A stretch of 64,000 nt of DNA from an uncultured bacterium (GTDB lineage: Bacteria; Krumholzibacteriota; Krumholzibacteriia; Krumholzibacteriales; Krumholzibacteriaceae), in contig CAWBAN010000005.1 of assembly GCA_963786935.1 (NCBI GenBank), positions 128,001 through 192,000 of the forward strand. The letters are read 5' to 3'. Shown here piece by piece: positions 10,560 to 20,996 of the stretch. How positions within the stretch are numbered: the first letter of the stretch is position 1; each line of letters starts with the position of its first letter. The position numbers and the translations under genes are program-made. The notes below the pieces were generated by a model, which did no database searches, was not told the DNA's origin, and saw only the letters and a program-made list of their open reading frames with translations.

Positions 10560-11552
10560 TTACAACCCGATAATGGAAAGGTTCCGGGGGGCCTTCCAGG
10601 CGAGGCCGGAGAAGTACTTCGCCATGAAGATCTCCCGCGCGAGCTGGAGCCCCGGCTCGACGGCGGGCTTCTCCGGAACGAACACGCCGACCGCGCCCGG
10701 GAGCACCTCGATCTCGATCGGCGTGGTGCCGATGACGTCGCCGTCGGCCTGCACGGGGAGCGGCACCGCGCTCCTCACCGAGATGCTCTTCTCGGCCTTG
10801 ATGAAATGCGCGCGGGGATGCCCCGGCCGGCGGGCGAAAATTCTGAAGAGGTATCGCGGATAATCGAGCAGGGTCTTCGTATCGAGGATCCACACGTCGA
10901 GGTGCCCGTCGTCGACGTGGATGTCGGGTCCCTCGGGAAACAGCATCTTGGCGAGGATGCCGCAGTTGGCGATCGCGACCTCGACGGCATGGTGCTTCCG
11001 GGAGACGCCGTCGACGGCGACTTCGAGGTGCCTCGCCCTGAATTCGAACACCTTGAGAACGGCCGCGCCCAGATACGCCGTGGGCCCGAAGAGGCGCTTG
11101 TTTCTCCGCGTCGTGCCGCCGACGACCGAGGCGCTGATGCCGATCCCGGCCACGAGCACGTACACGCGTGGGCCGATCCGCATCGCGTCGATCTTCCGCA
11201 GGCGTGTCCGGGCCGCGATCAGGGCGGCCGCCTCGGCGGGGGCGAGGGGAATGTTGAGCTCGCGCGCCACGAGGTTTGTGGTGCCCGTCGGCACGATGCC
11301 GAGCGGAACCCCGCTCCCCGCGAGGCCGTCGACGACGGCCGACACCGTGCCGTCCCCGCCGACGGCGATGACCGTCTCGAATCCTTCCCGCAGACGCTCG
11401 CGGACGATTGTTCCGAAGGGCTCCCCGCGGCGCGGCTCGTGGACGGTGTATTGAAAACCGGCCGGGGGAAGGTACTGCGCGAGCGCCCGGAGGGCGGATT
11501 CGCGGACGCCGGGCGGCGCGGACGGATTCAGTATGACGAGCGCCTTCGTCAC
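10560..11552 (-). CDS. Diacylglycerol/lipid kinase family protein (YegS/BmrU-like)
   Basis: ILNPSA, VGGDGTV, PTGTTNLVAR and QADGD motifs. GTG start at 11552, just after the upstream stop. Confidence 0.9.
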   Translation of the reverse strand: MTKALVILNPSAPPGVRESALRALAQYLPPAGFQYTVHEPRRGEPFGTIVRERLREGFETVIAVGGDGTVSAVVDGLAGSGVPLGIVPTGTTNLVARELNIPLAPAEAAALIAARTRLRKIDAMRIGPRVYVLVAGIGISASVVGGTTRRNKRLFGPTAYLGAAVLKVFEFRARHLEVAVDGVSRKHHAVEVAIANCGILAKMLFPEGPDIHVDDGHLDVWILDTKTLLDYPRYLFRIFARRPGHPRAHFIKAEKSISVRSAVPLPVQADGDVIGTTPIEIEVLPGAVGVFVPEKPAVEPGLQLAREIFMAKYFSGLAWKAPRNLSIIGL

Positions 11553-11557
11553 GGCCG

Positions 11558-12541
11558 TCAGTCCATGCCGACGAGGGCTTTGATGTACTGCAGGCGCTCG
11601 TACATCTCCGGGTGGTCGCTCTTCGCCTGGCTGAGCTTTCCGCGCATCTGATCGATCGACTTGAAGCCGTGCCTGTCCATCAGCCGCTCGAGATCGTCGC
11701 GGATCGCGGTGAGCCGTTCGATCCCGTTCTGATACAGGGTCGAGCAGAGCTGGACGGTCGTCGCGCCCACGAGGATGAGCTTGGCCGCGCCGGCCGCGTC
11801 GTGAACGCCCGTCGACGCGGAGAAGTCGCATTTGACCTTCCCCGAGAGGAGCGAGATCCAGCGGAGCGGGAGCGAGATTTCCTGCGGCGAGCTGAGGCGG
11901 TACGCCGGCGCGAGCGCCATTTTCTCGATGTCGATGTCGAACTGGTAGAAGCGGTTGAAGAGAACGAGCGCCTTGGCCCCCCGCATCCAGAGATCGGAGG
12001 CCATCCGCGGAACCGACGTGAAATACGGGCCGATCTTGACGGCGACGGGAATCGACGTGAGCCGCGCCACGCTCTCGACGGTGTCAGTGTAGATCTTCTC
12101 GACGTGGCCGGTGTCCCGCCGCGGATCGCTCAGCATCACGGATATGTTGAGCTCGATCGCGTCCGCGCCCGCATCGGCGATCTGCCGCACGTAGTTCGTC
12201 CACAGCCCCGTCGAGACGCAGTGGAGGCTGGCGATCACCGGAATCGACACGGCCTGTTTCGACTCCTTGATGAGCTTCAGGTAGCTCTGCGGGCCGAGCT
12301 CGAGCCCCATCCGCTGGACGTAGTCGAGCGCCTCGGGATGCCAGGCGAATTTCGCTTCGCTCGCGTCTCCGGCGAGGTCGGCGAGGATCTGCTCCTCGAA
12401 GAGCGATTTGAGCACGACGGCGCCGGCGCCCGCATCGGCGCAGCGGCGGACGCCCGCGACGGTTTTCGTGAGGCTGGAGCTCGCGACGAGCAGCGGGTTG
12501 CGCAGCGCGAGCCCCATATAGGTGGTGGAGAGATCGGCCAT
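11558..12541 (-). CDS. Dihydroorotate dehydrogenase-like flavoprotein
   Basis: LSTTYMGLALRNPL, VVLKSLFEEQI, LVLFNRFYQ, ASTGVH. ELNISV replaces the ELNxSCP catalytic Cys, as in the DHOD-like family. Confidence 0.88.
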   Translation of the reverse strand: MADLSTTYMGLALRNPLLVASSSLTKTVAGVRRCADAGAGAVVLKSLFEEQILADLAGDASEAKFAWHPEALDYVQRMGLELGPQSYLKLIKESKQAVSIPVIASLHCVSTGLWTNYVRQIADAGADAIELNISVMLSDPRRDTGHVEKIYTDTVESVARLTSIPVAVKIGPYFTSVPRMASDLWMRGAKALVLFNRFYQFDIDIEKMALAPAYRLSSPQEISLPLRWISLLSGKVKCDFSASTGVHDAAGAAKLILVGATTVQLCSTLYQNGIERLTAIRDDLERLMDRHGFKSIDQMRGKLSQAKSDHPEMYERLQYIKALVGMD

Positions 12542-12647
12542 ACGGTTCCTCGCAGGTTTGTGCGTTTTCGCTGACGCGGCCCCGGCCGGGCCGCCGGTTC
12601 GATCCGGCGGATACTATATCACGCTTCGGGGCGAAACGCCACGCCCG

Positions 12648-12675
12648 AAAAAAGGGGGGCGCGGGCCGCCCCCCT
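12648..12675 (-). terminator. Rho-independent terminator after the PadR-sensor operon
   Basis: Minus strand AGGGGGCGGCCCGCGCCCCCCTTTTTT: GC-rich stem plus U-tract. Confidence 0.65.
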
Positions 12676-12710
12676 CTCCGTTGCTTTCCGGCCGTGCGCG
12701 CCGCGAAACG

Positions 12711-13604
12711 CTAGTCCCCCTTCACGAGCATCCTCTTCGCGTAGCGGGCATGGAGCCGTCCGAGCCCGCGCGCCGCGTGCAGCGTGACGATCGTCAGGAA
12801 GAATCCTCCCATGACGACGAGCGGCATGGACCAGCCGGGCAGATAGTATGCATGATGCTCCATCTGGACGATGGGGAATCCGAATACGTAATGAAGAATC
12901 GGCATCGCGATGAGCGAGAGCGACACGGAGATGAGCGTGATCATGATCGTGAAGTACACGATCCCGAGGGGGAGCTGCAGGATCATGTAGAGAATCGCCG
13001 ACCAGGTCGTGCGATCGCCGAAGAGCGCCTTGAAGCCGCCCCACCATCCGAGATCCTTCCTGAAAAAGGCTCCGCGCCGCGGCATCCGCTCGCCGAGCAC
13101 TCCCTCGATGATTCGCCCCTCGAGGAGCGCGATTCCCCGCGCCGACAGGAGGAACACCGCGAAGAACGGGAGCCCGATGATGAGGACGATGAGGCCGACC
13201 GAGAGGGAGAGCCCCGTGGTCGCCCACGTGAAATAGAAAATGCCCGTGGCGAGCGAGAGGAGCATGTAGAGGAGAGATCCGTAGGTCCGGACGTCTCCGA
13301 TCACGCCGAAGAACCCTGTGCCGCGCGATTTCATGATGGGGGGGCCGGGAATCGCCACCGTGGTCGGTGTCATGTTCTCCATCTCCTTGTAAGCGGCCGC
13401 CACTTCCGCCGGCGCGCCGTAGGTTTTGATGATCGATTCGAGCGCGGCGTCGGCGGCGATGCCGGGCTCCTTCTCGAGCGCCTGCTCGAGTGCGGTCGTG
13501 AGGTGCTCTTCCGCGTCGGACAGGGCGTCCTGGATCGTCGCGCGGTCCGCTCCCGCGAGCGCCGTCTTGAGCTTCGCCAGGTAATCGTCTATCGCTTTAT
13601 TCAT
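12711..13604 (-). CDS. Membrane protein with HAAS-like N-terminus and putative sensor domain (PadR partner)
   Basis: IDDYLAKLKTAL...DAEEHL...YGAPAEVAAAY N-terminus, then about 4 TM segments with duplicated TY/TWxxLLY...LPLGI. Overlaps the padR stop. Confidence 0.8.
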   Translation of the reverse strand: MNKAIDDYLAKLKTALAGADRATIQDALSDAEEHLTTALEQALEKEPGIAADAALESIIKTYGAPAEVAAAYKEMENMTPTTVAIPGPPIMKSRGTGFFGVIGDVRTYGSLLYMLLSLATGIFYFTWATTGLSLSVGLIVLIIGLPFFAVFLLSARGIALLEGRIIEGVLGERMPRRGAFFRKDLGWWGGFKALFGDRTTWSAILYMILQLPLGIVYFTIMITLISVSLSLIAMPILHYVFGFPIVQMEHHAYYLPGWSMPLVVMGGFFLTIVTLHAARGLGRLHARYAKRMLVKGD

Positions 13605-13965
13605 GGTACGTTCCTTTCAGGACCGAGTCGACGAAGGCCTTGTTATCGTTCCAGATCGCCGTCCAGCGATCGAGGGCCGCGCGCCCTTCCTCCGTGATGC
13701 GGTAGTAGCGGCGCGGCGGGCCCGTCACCGAAGGCTCGACGGTGCTCGCGAGAAGTCCCGTTTTCTCGAGCGACCGCAGCACGGGGTAGAGGGCCCCCTG
13801 CTTCATCATCGGCACCTCCTCGTTCCCCGCGTCGATGAGCTTCGCGATCTGATAGCCGTAGATCGGCTCGGTCGAGCGGTCGACGACGCTGAGGAGAACG
13901 AGCGCCGCGGTGCCGGCGTTCAGCTCCTTCTGGAACTTCCTGTCTTCCGAGGGAATCGCATTCAA
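13597..13965 (-). CDS. PadR-family transcriptional regulator
   Basis: YGYQIAK, GALYPVLRSLEKTG, GPPRRYYRITEEG. Confidence 0.93.
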   Translation of the reverse strand: MNAIPSEDRKFQKELNAGTAALVLLSVVDRSTEPIYGYQIAKLIDAGNEEVPMMKQGALYPVLRSLEKTGLLASTVEPSVTGPPRRYYRITEEGRAALDRWTAIWNDNKAFVDSVLKGTYHE

Positions 13966-14202
13966 TCTTCAATCCCCGCCTTTCGGCGCCGGCTCCGTCC
14001 GCGCGCCCCGCCGGTCACTATATTTATAACGCAGCATTATTAATCTCACACTAGTGATATTCTAATAGTAGTACGCTTGGAAGTCAAGAATGTTCCTGAA
14101 ATAATCTCAGGATCCGGCGCCGAAGCCCTCGCCGCCGGCCATAACATTAGTTTTTGCATTAAAAATTAAATATGATCGAATAAATGGAACCTTTCACCCG
14201 CG

Positions 14203-14229
14203 TCAATACTATACAGAGTATAGTTTTGA
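14203..14229. promoter_or_regulatory. Inverted repeat, candidate TetR/PadR operator
   Basis: TCAA-T-ACTATAC-AGA-GTATAGT-T-TTGA in the AT-rich divergent intergenic region between padR and tetR. Confidence 0.55.
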
Positions 14230-14375
14230 TGGCAGCACGAAAGCTCCGGACACAGGTTGACGCACAACCTTTCGAAAGATGGGGCGGCTTTGGGGGCCGC
14301 CCCTTCCATTTATTTTGCCTGAAACATTTCAGAATCCTCTTGCGTACCGTGCTGTGTGAATGTATGTTCCGAACT

Positions 14376-14403
14376 TGAATTCTGAATTCTGAATTCTGAT
14401 TCA
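14376..14403 (+). repeat. Heptamer tandem repeat (TGAATTC)3 plus a partial copy
   Basis: TGAATTCTGAATTCTGAATTCTGATTCA immediately upstream of tetR. Confidence 0.8.
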
Positions 14404-14419
14404 ACTATTGATAGTAATT

Positions 14420-15058
14420 ATGGAATACACGCCAGAGCAAGGAATTACGCGAAGGGAACGCGAAAGGCTGCGTTGCAGGGGGCAGATCATAGCCGCGGCA
14501 TCGAAGCTCTTCGCGCAGGCGGGAATCGCCAATACCAGCATGAAGCAGATCGCCGGCGAAGCCGATGTATCGGTCGGCAAGCTCTACGCCTGCTTTCGGG
14601 GCAAGGATGAGATCATCCACGAGTTGCTCCACCATGCCATGGACTCTCTGCAGCGCGAGGGGGATGAGGCGTGCAGGGGAACGGACGATCCTCTCGATCA
14701 GCTCCGCCGCAGGCTCCGGGCGGCCATCGATCATTTCAAAGCCCATCTCGATTTTCTCATGATCTATCACAACGAGAGCCAGACGAGCTGCGAGGGAATG
14801 ATCCGGGAGCATATCGATGAGAACATCGAAACAATCGCGGAGCTTCTTGCGCAGGCGATTGACAATGGTGATATTCCGCCGGAAGACCCGCGCGCGCTCG
14901 CGGCGATCCTCGTCGGATCGGTGCACGAGCTCATGCATACCTTCGCGGAGCGAGGGGGCAAGGACGCACTCGATCGTATTCCGGCGATCATCGACCGGAT
15001 CATCATCAAGCCGCTCGAAACGAGACGGGAAAAGGATTCCGGAATGGAGGGACGCTGA
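14420..15058 (+). CDS. TetR/AcrR-family transcriptional regulator
   Basis: IIAAASKLFAQAGIANTSMKQIAGEADVSVGKLYACFRGKDEI HTH. First gene of the efflux operon. Confidence 0.92.
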   Translation: MEYTPEQGITRRERERLRCRGQIIAAASKLFAQAGIANTSMKQIAGEADVSVGKLYACFRGKDEIIHELLHHAMDSLQREGDEACRGTDDPLDQLRRRLRAAIDHFKAHLDFLMIYHNESQTSCEGMIREHIDENIETIAELLAQAIDNGDIPPEDPRALAAILVGSVHELMHTFAERGGKDALDRIPAIIDRIIIKPLETRREKDSGMEGR

Positions 15059-16461
15059 TGCGAGCGTTTCTGACTGAGCCCCGCATATCGATTCGCAGGG
15101 CGAGCCTCTGGCCGCTCTGCATGCTTCTCATCGCCTGTGCGCTGCCTCGCCCGGTGGGCGCCGAGACGCAGTCTCTCAACCTGGATCGCGCGATCGAGCT
15201 CGGCCTCAAGAACGACGAGACGCTCCGGCAAGCGGGGCTCGCCGTGGAGGGCGCCGAGGGGCTCGTCCTGCAGGCGAAATCGAACGCATTCCCCCATTTC
15301 TCGCTCGCGGGGCAGTACGGGTACAACATCCTGCGGCCGTCGTTCTTTCTCCCGGCGGTGTTCTTCGGGGAGGAAGGGAGCGGCTCGGTGGCGGTCGAGA
15401 TCGGCGAGGACAACGATTTCACCGGCGCCGCGACCGTGACGCAGGTGCTCTGGGCGGCGGGACGCATTTCGGCGGGGCTCGAAGCGGCGAAGGAGTATCT
15501 CGAATCGTACCGCTATCGCGAGATGGCGACGTCCGATTACGTTCGATTCAGCGTGAAAGAGGCGTACTACGGCGCGATTCTCGCGGCGGAGATCCTCGGG
15601 ATCGAGGAAAAGGCGTCCGAGGCCGCCGAGGAAGCAGCGCGCATCGCCCGCGCGGGGAACGCGCAGGGGGTCGTGAGCAGGTTCGATCTGCTGCGCGCGG
15701 AAGTGGAGCTCGCGAACAGGAAGGCGCCGCTCGTCAAGGCGCGGAACGACTACGAGCAGGCGGTCATCGTCCTCAAGCGCCGGTGCGGCATCGCGGCGGC
15801 GGACGAGGTCGGCCTCACCGATTCGCTCACGGCGGCGTCGCACCCGGCCGGGCTCGATACGGTCATCGCGGCGATGCGCGGGGGGAGCGCCGAGATCAAG
15901 GCGCTCGAGCACGCGGTCGGCGCCCAGCAGCAGTTCCTCCGGATCGCGAAAGCGGAGCGGTATCCGATCATGCAGCTCACCGGTGCGTACGCCGTGCAGA
16001 CCCAGTGGTCCAATGACTGGCTGCCGCCGAGCGAGCTCATCGCGAAGAGCGCGGCGGTCACGATCGGTATCCAGATCCCGATTTTCGACGGTTTCAACGC
16101 CAAAGGAAAGATAGAAACGGCCAGGGCCGGTCTTCGTACGGCCGAGGTCGAGCTCGATCGCGTCGGGCGCGACAAGGAGCTCGCCGTCCGTCAGTCGTAC
16201 CGGTACATCGAGAACGCCCTCACCGCGCTCGAGGGGCGGGAGGAATCGGTGAAGCTCGCCGAGGAGGCGCACCGCATCGCGCTCGTGCGGCTCGAGAACG
16301 GGCTCGCGATGCCGATCGAGCGGCTCGACGCGGAGCTCGCCATGACGACGTCGCGGGCGCAGCTCGCCGAGTCGCTGTACGCGTCGCGGATGGCGCAGGC
16401 GTACCTCGAGCTCGCCGTGGGGAGCAGGAGTTTCGGCGCCGTTTCCGGCGCGCAGCAGTAG
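15058..16461 (+). CDS. TolC-family outer membrane efflux protein
   Basis: LNLDRAIELGLKN, GVVSRFDLLRAEVELA, IQIPIFDGF; two OEP repeats. Confidence 0.92.
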   Translation: MRAFLTEPRISIRRASLWPLCMLLIACALPRPVGAETQSLNLDRAIELGLKNDETLRQAGLAVEGAEGLVLQAKSNAFPHFSLAGQYGYNILRPSFFLPAVFFGEEGSGSVAVEIGEDNDFTGAATVTQVLWAAGRISAGLEAAKEYLESYRYREMATSDYVRFSVKEAYYGAILAAEILGIEEKASEAAEEAARIARAGNAQGVVSRFDLLRAEVELANRKAPLVKARNDYEQAVIVLKRRCGIAAADEVGLTDSLTAASHPAGLDTVIAAMRGGSAEIKALEHAVGAQQQFLRIAKAERYPIMQLTGAYAVQTQWSNDWLPPSELIAKSAAVTIGIQIPIFDGFNAKGKIETARAGLRTAEVELDRVGRDKELAVRQSYRYIENALTALEGREESVKLAEEAHRIALVRLENGLAMPIERLDAELAMTTSRAQLAESLYASRMAQAYLELAVGSRSFGAVSGAQQ

Positions 16462-16524
16462 ACGCACGGGAATATTGGAAAAAGGCGGGTATCCGCCCGC
16501 CGGCACGCGGGAGAAGGAGCAGCT

Positions 16525-17643
16525 ATGAGCAATCCGGGAGCACGCAAGACGCGTCGCGGCCGCACGATTCTCTGGATCGCCGTCGCCGTCGTCGTCGCCC
16601 TGTTCGCGTTCCGCTTCTGGCGGATCAGCTCGAGGGAGAGCTTCGCCAGCATCGGCTCGATCCAGGAATCGGAGGGCAAGCCGGTCGAGGTGACGAAGGC
16701 CTCGCGGGGCGATCTCGAGGTGTGGACGAGCCTCGCGGGAACGGTCGAGGGCTCGTTCCAGTACGCGGTGATCTCGACGAACTCGATCCCGGTTCTGCGC
16801 GTCGCCAAAAAGGAGGGGGACCGGGTGAAAGCGGGCGAGACGCTCATCCGTCTCGAGACGACCTCTCCGAGCGCCATGCTCCTCTCGTACCCGCGTTCCC
16901 TCGCCCTGTATCAGGACGCCCAGGCGGATCTCGAGCGGATGCGCGCGCTCTATAAAGAGGGGGCCGTTTCGAAGCAGGCGCTCGAAAAGGCCGAGCTCGC
17001 TCTCGAGGTCGCGAAGGCGGGCCTCGAGGACGCGCGCGGAAGCACGGCCCTCGCCGCGATGCATACGGGCGTCGTCACGAGCGTGCTCGTGAAGGAGGGG
17101 GAGATGGCGAACGCGTACGCTCCCCTCATGTGGATCGCGCGGACCGACTCGGTCCGGGCGACCTTCGACGCGGGGGCGAGCCAGGCGGCGTCGCTGAAGC
17201 CGGGGCAGCGGGCGGTCTGGAGCTCGGATTCGAACGGGGATTCGGGGACCGGCGTCGTGAGCGTCGTCGATCTCTCGGCCGATCCGGAGACCCATCTCGT
17301 GAAGGGGGAGGTGCTCTTTCCCAATCGGGAAGGACTCCTCATGCCGGGAGCGGTCGTAACGTTCAAGGTGCTCTCGGGCGAGCGGCGCGGCGTCGTCAAG
17401 ATTCCGACCGACTGCCTCGTCGAGCGCGGCGGCGCGCCGATGATCTTCACGATCGAGGACGCGGGCGGGGATTCGCTCGTCGCGAGAAGCCGCGCCGTGC
17501 GTATGGGGCTCAGAACCCCCGATGAGGTCGAGATCGTGTCCGGGCTCGAGGACGGAGCGCGCGTCGTGCGGTTCGGGCAGTCGCTTCTCGAGGACGGCGA
17601 TCGCGTGAAGATCGTCCGCGGCGGGGAGGCTGCGGCGCGATGA
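16525..17643 (+). CDS. RND efflux periplasmic adaptor
   Basis: TM anchor, KEGDRVKAGETL, LYKEGAVSKQ, LLMPG, VEIVSGLEDG. Confidence 0.9.
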   Translation: MSNPGARKTRRGRTILWIAVAVVVALFAFRFWRISSRESFASIGSIQESEGKPVEVTKASRGDLEVWTSLAGTVEGSFQYAVISTNSIPVLRVAKKEGDRVKAGETLIRLETTSPSAMLLSYPRSLALYQDAQADLERMRALYKEGAVSKQALEKAELALEVAKAGLEDARGSTALAAMHTGVVTSVLVKEGEMANAYAPLMWIARTDSVRATFDAGASQAASLKPGQRAVWSSDSNGDSGTGVVSVVDLSADPETHLVKGEVLFPNREGLLMPGAVVTFKVLSGERRGVVKIPTDCLVERGGAPMIFTIEDAGGDSLVARSRAVRMGLRTPDEVEIVSGLEDGARVVRFGQSLLEDGDRVKIVRGGEAAAR

Positions 17644-20600
17644 ACGTCATCCGGATATTCGTCAAACGCCCCGTGCTCACGACGATGATCGTCGTGGGAT
17701 TCGTCGTGCTCGGTCTCTATTCCTACGGCCGCATGGTCACCGAGCTCATGCCGAGCATCGAGTTTCCGTTCATCATCGTGACGACGGTGTATCCCGGCGC
17801 CGCCCCCGGCGAGGTGGAGAGCCAGATCACGAAGAAGATCGAGGACGCCGTCTCGACGATCGCCAACGTGAAGGACCTGACGTCCTACTCGCAGGAGAAC
17901 CTCTCGCAGGTCTTCATCGAGTTCGAGCTCGAGACCGACGTCGATCTCGACGCGATCGACGTCAAGGACAAGATCGACGCGATACAGGCGAATCTTCCCG
18001 AGAACGCCGAGAAATCGGTCATCAGCAAGTTCGATTTCTCCGCGTACCCGATCATCGAGCTCGCCATCGCGGCGCCGCGTCCCCTCGAGGAGATCTACCG
18101 GGTGGCGGACAAGGTCGTGAAAGACCGGCTGAGCCGCATCAACGGCGTCGCCTCGGTCGACATCACGGGGAAACGTCAGCGCGAGATCCGCGTCGAGATC
18201 TCCCCGCAGAAGCTCCGCGCCTACGGGCTGAGCCTCATGGACGTCGCCGCCGCCATCGCGGCGGACAACCTGAATATCCCCGCCGGCCATATCACCCGCG
18301 GCGCGCGGGAGATCACGCTCCGCATGACGGGGGAGATCGGCTCGCCGCGCGAGCTCGGCGATCTCCGCCTGCCGCTCCGTTCGGGGCGCACGGTGCCTCT
18401 GTCGGAGGTGGCGAAGATCGTGGACGGCACGGAGGAGCTCCGGGAGTCTTCGACCTATAACGGGGAGCCGGTGATCGGAGTCTCCATCAACAAGCGCTCC
18501 GACGGCAACACCGTCCTCGTGGCCCGCGATGTGTACCAGGCGCTCGACGAGCTCAAGAAGACGATCGACAAGGACATCACGATCACGATCACGAACGACA
18601 ACGCGCCGTTCGTGCGCGCTTCGGTGAGCGACGTGCTCTCGAACGTCATGATCGGCATCCTGCTCACCGCGCTGCTGCTTCTCCTCTTCCTGCACAACTG
18701 GCAGCAGACGGTCGTCGCGGCCCTCTCGATGCCCATCTCGGTCATCGCGACCTTTCTCCTCATGGATCAGGCGGGCTTCTCGCTGAACGTGATGTCGCTC
18801 CTGGCGCTCGGCATCTCGATCGGGACGCTCGTGACGAACTCGATCGTGATCATCGAGAACATCACCCGTTTCGTGCATCTCGGGATGGATCCCGAGGAGG
18901 CCGCCGTCAAGGGGACGGCCGAGGTCGCCGTCGCGGTCGCCGCCTCGACCCTCACGAACATCGTCGTCTTCACGCCGATCGCGTTCATGAGCGGGATCAT
19001 CGGGCGCTTCTTCCTCCAGTTCGGCCTCACCGTCGTGTACGCGACGATCTTCTCGGTCGTCGTGAGCTATACGATCGTGCCGATGCTCGCGGCGCGTCTC
19101 ATCAAGCCGCAGGCCTCCGACCGCGATCCGCATGCGCTGGGATTCTGGGCGCGGATCGGGGAGCGGTGGGACAAGTTCTACGACGATCGCGCGCGGGGCT
19201 ATCGCGGCGTCCTCGAACGGATTCTCGGACGCCGCCGCGTGTGGATTCTGGCCACGGCCGTGATCTTCGTCGGCTCGCTCACGCTCTTCCGCTTCGTCGG
19301 CGGGGAATTCATGCCCCGCATCGATCAGAACATCGTCATCGTTTCGATGAATCTGCCGCCGGGGACAAGCCTCGAGCGGACGAGGGAGGTTTCCGAGGGG
19401 GTCGCGGACATTCTCCGGAAGCACGCCGAGGTCGAAGGGGTGCTCGTCAAGGTCGGCGGCGGCCAGCGGAGCGTCGAGGACGCGGCCATCACGGCGAAGC
19501 TCGTCGACCGCTCGAAACGCGGTATGCACGTGACCGAGTTCCTCAACGTGCTGCGTCCCGAGCTCGCCGGCATCCCGGACGCCGAGATCATGATCACGTC
19601 CGAGGGGGGCGCGACCGGGAGCGGCGAGTCCGATTTCGTCATCGACGTGCTCTCGTCCGATCAGAAGGCGCTCGAGACGGTCGGCGATTCGGTGTTCCAG
19701 ATTCTTCACCGCGTGCCGGGGCTCGTCGAGATCGAAACGAGCCGCAAGGCCGGGAAGCCTCAGTTCGCCGTCGTGCCGAAACGCCATCAGGCCGCCGAGC
19801 GGGGCCTGAACGCGGCCGCGATCGGGAGCCTCATGCGCGCCGCGTACGAGGGGGTCGAGGCGGGGGTTTACCGCGAGAGCGGCGAGGAGTACGACGTCAA
19901 GGTCAAGTACGCCGAGTCGCACCGCCGGGATCCGTTCATCATCAAGGATATGCCGCTCCCGGCGCGCGACGGAGCGGCCGTGCCGCTCTCCGACGTCGGC
20001 ACGGTGAACGCGGGATTCGGCGAATCACAGATCATGCGCAAGGACAAGGAACGCATGATCGAGCTCACGGCGAACATCGCCACGGGCTCCCTGAGCGAGG
20101 CGCGCGCGGCGTTCGACCGCGAGCTCGAGAAGATCGTCGTGCCGCCGAGCGTCCTCGTGAAGCACGGAGGGATGTCCGAGGTGCAGGACGAATCGTTCCG
20201 GTCGATTTTCACGGCGCTCGTCCTCGCGATCGTGCTGCTGTACGTCGTGATGGCGGCGATGATGGAGAGCTTCGTGCATCCGGTCACGATCATGCTCACC
20301 CTGCCGCTCGCGCTCATCGGGGTCGCCATGGCGCTGTTCCTCTCGGGGCAGACGATCAACATCTTCTCGCTCATGTCGGTCGTCATGCTCACCGGCATCG
20401 TGGTGAACAACGCCATTCTCATGCTCGATTACACCTCGCAGCTCAGGAACCGGGGGATGAAGATCAAGGAGGCGCTCCTCGAGGCGTGCTCCACGCGCCT
20501 TCGACCGATCGTCATGGCGAACCTCGCGATCGTCGTCGGCATGATTCCCCAGATCTTCGGGGGATCCGAGGGCTCGGAGCTCAGGACTCCCATGGCGATC

Positions 20601-20720
20601 GTCCAGATCGGGGGGGTAGTCGTCTCGGCGCTGCTGACCCTGTTCATAATTCCGATCGCGTACACATATCTCGACAGATTGACCGTTCGCGGCCGCAAGG
20701 AGCATCGGGAATCGCGCTGA
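17640..20720 (+). CDS. RND efflux permease, AcrB/AcrD/AcrF family
   Basis: 1026 aa; FVKRPVLTTM, YPGAAPGEVESQITKKIE, GIVVNNAILMLD, RLRPIVM. Confidence 0.95.
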   Translation: MNVIRIFVKRPVLTTMIVVGFVVLGLYSYGRMVTELMPSIEFPFIIVTTVYPGAAPGEVESQITKKIEDAVSTIANVKDLTSYSQENLSQVFIEFELETDVDLDAIDVKDKIDAIQANLPENAEKSVISKFDFSAYPIIELAIAAPRPLEEIYRVADKVVKDRLSRINGVASVDITGKRQREIRVEISPQKLRAYGLSLMDVAAAIAADNLNIPAGHITRGAREITLRMTGEIGSPRELGDLRLPLRSGRTVPLSEVAKIVDGTEELRESSTYNGEPVIGVSINKRSDGNTVLVARDVYQALDELKKTIDKDITITITNDNAPFVRASVSDVLSNVMIGILLTALLLLLFLHNWQQTVVAALSMPISVIATFLLMDQAGFSLNVMSLLALGISIGTLVTNSIVIIENITRFVHLGMDPEEAAVKGTAEVAVAVAASTLTNIVVFTPIAFMSGIIGRFFLQFGLTVVYATIFSVVVSYTIVPMLAARLIKPQASDRDPHALGFWARIGERWDKFYDDRARGYRGVLERILGRRRVWILATAVIFVGSLTLFRFVGGEFMPRIDQNIVIVSMNLPPGTSLERTREVSEGVADILRKHAEVEGVLVKVGGGQRSVEDAAITAKLVDRSKRGMHVTEFLNVLRPELAGIPDAEIMITSEGGATGSGESDFVIDVLSSDQKALETVGDSVFQILHRVPGLVEIETSRKAGKPQFAVVPKRHQAAERGLNAAAIGSLMRAAYEGVEAGVYRESGEEYDVKVKYAESHRRDPFIIKDMPLPARDGAAVPLSDVGTVNAGFGESQIMRKDKERMIELTANIATGSLSEARAAFDRELEKIVVPPSVLVKHGGMSEVQDESFRSIFTALVLAIVLLYVVMAAMMESFVHPVTIMLTLPLALIGVAMALFLSGQTINIFSLMSVVMLTGIVVNNAILMLDYTSQLRNRGMKIKEALLEACSTRLRPIVMANLAIVVGMIPQIFGGSEGSELRTPMAIVQIGGVVVSALLTLFIIPIAYTYLDRLTVRGRKEHRESR

Positions 20721-20839
20721 CGACCCCTGCTTTGGCCGCCGATAACCTGTTTTAATAAAATGAGTTATGGCCGACCGTGTCGTCTCCGGCCCTGCCGCCC
20801 GCCCGCCTCGGCGTTCCCCGGCAAACTCCGTATTTAATG

Positions 20840-20869
20840 TTGACATAAGCCGCTATGGTGTGATAGAAT
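20840..20869 (+). promoter_or_regulatory. Near-consensus sigma70 promoter for the dockerin/cohesin-like cluster
   Basis: TTGACA-N18-TAGAAT with extended -10 TG. Confidence 0.7.
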
Positions 20870-20996
20870 AATGATTGTCGAGTAAGTGATGGTATCTCCA
20901 ACACTCAGGAGTGCGGAAGGAGGTTCAGGTTACCCCCGTAGTATTTTTCTCACTCAGTCCCCGAACCTTTGATAGAAGGTTTAGGAGGTTAAAGAG

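Noticed and set aside
14258..14290. CAACCTTTCGAAAGATGGGGCG resembles part of a c-di-GMP-I riboswitch
   Set aside because: The GCAAA...GACGCAAAGC context and following stem are not in the right order. Kept only as an unassigned structured leader.
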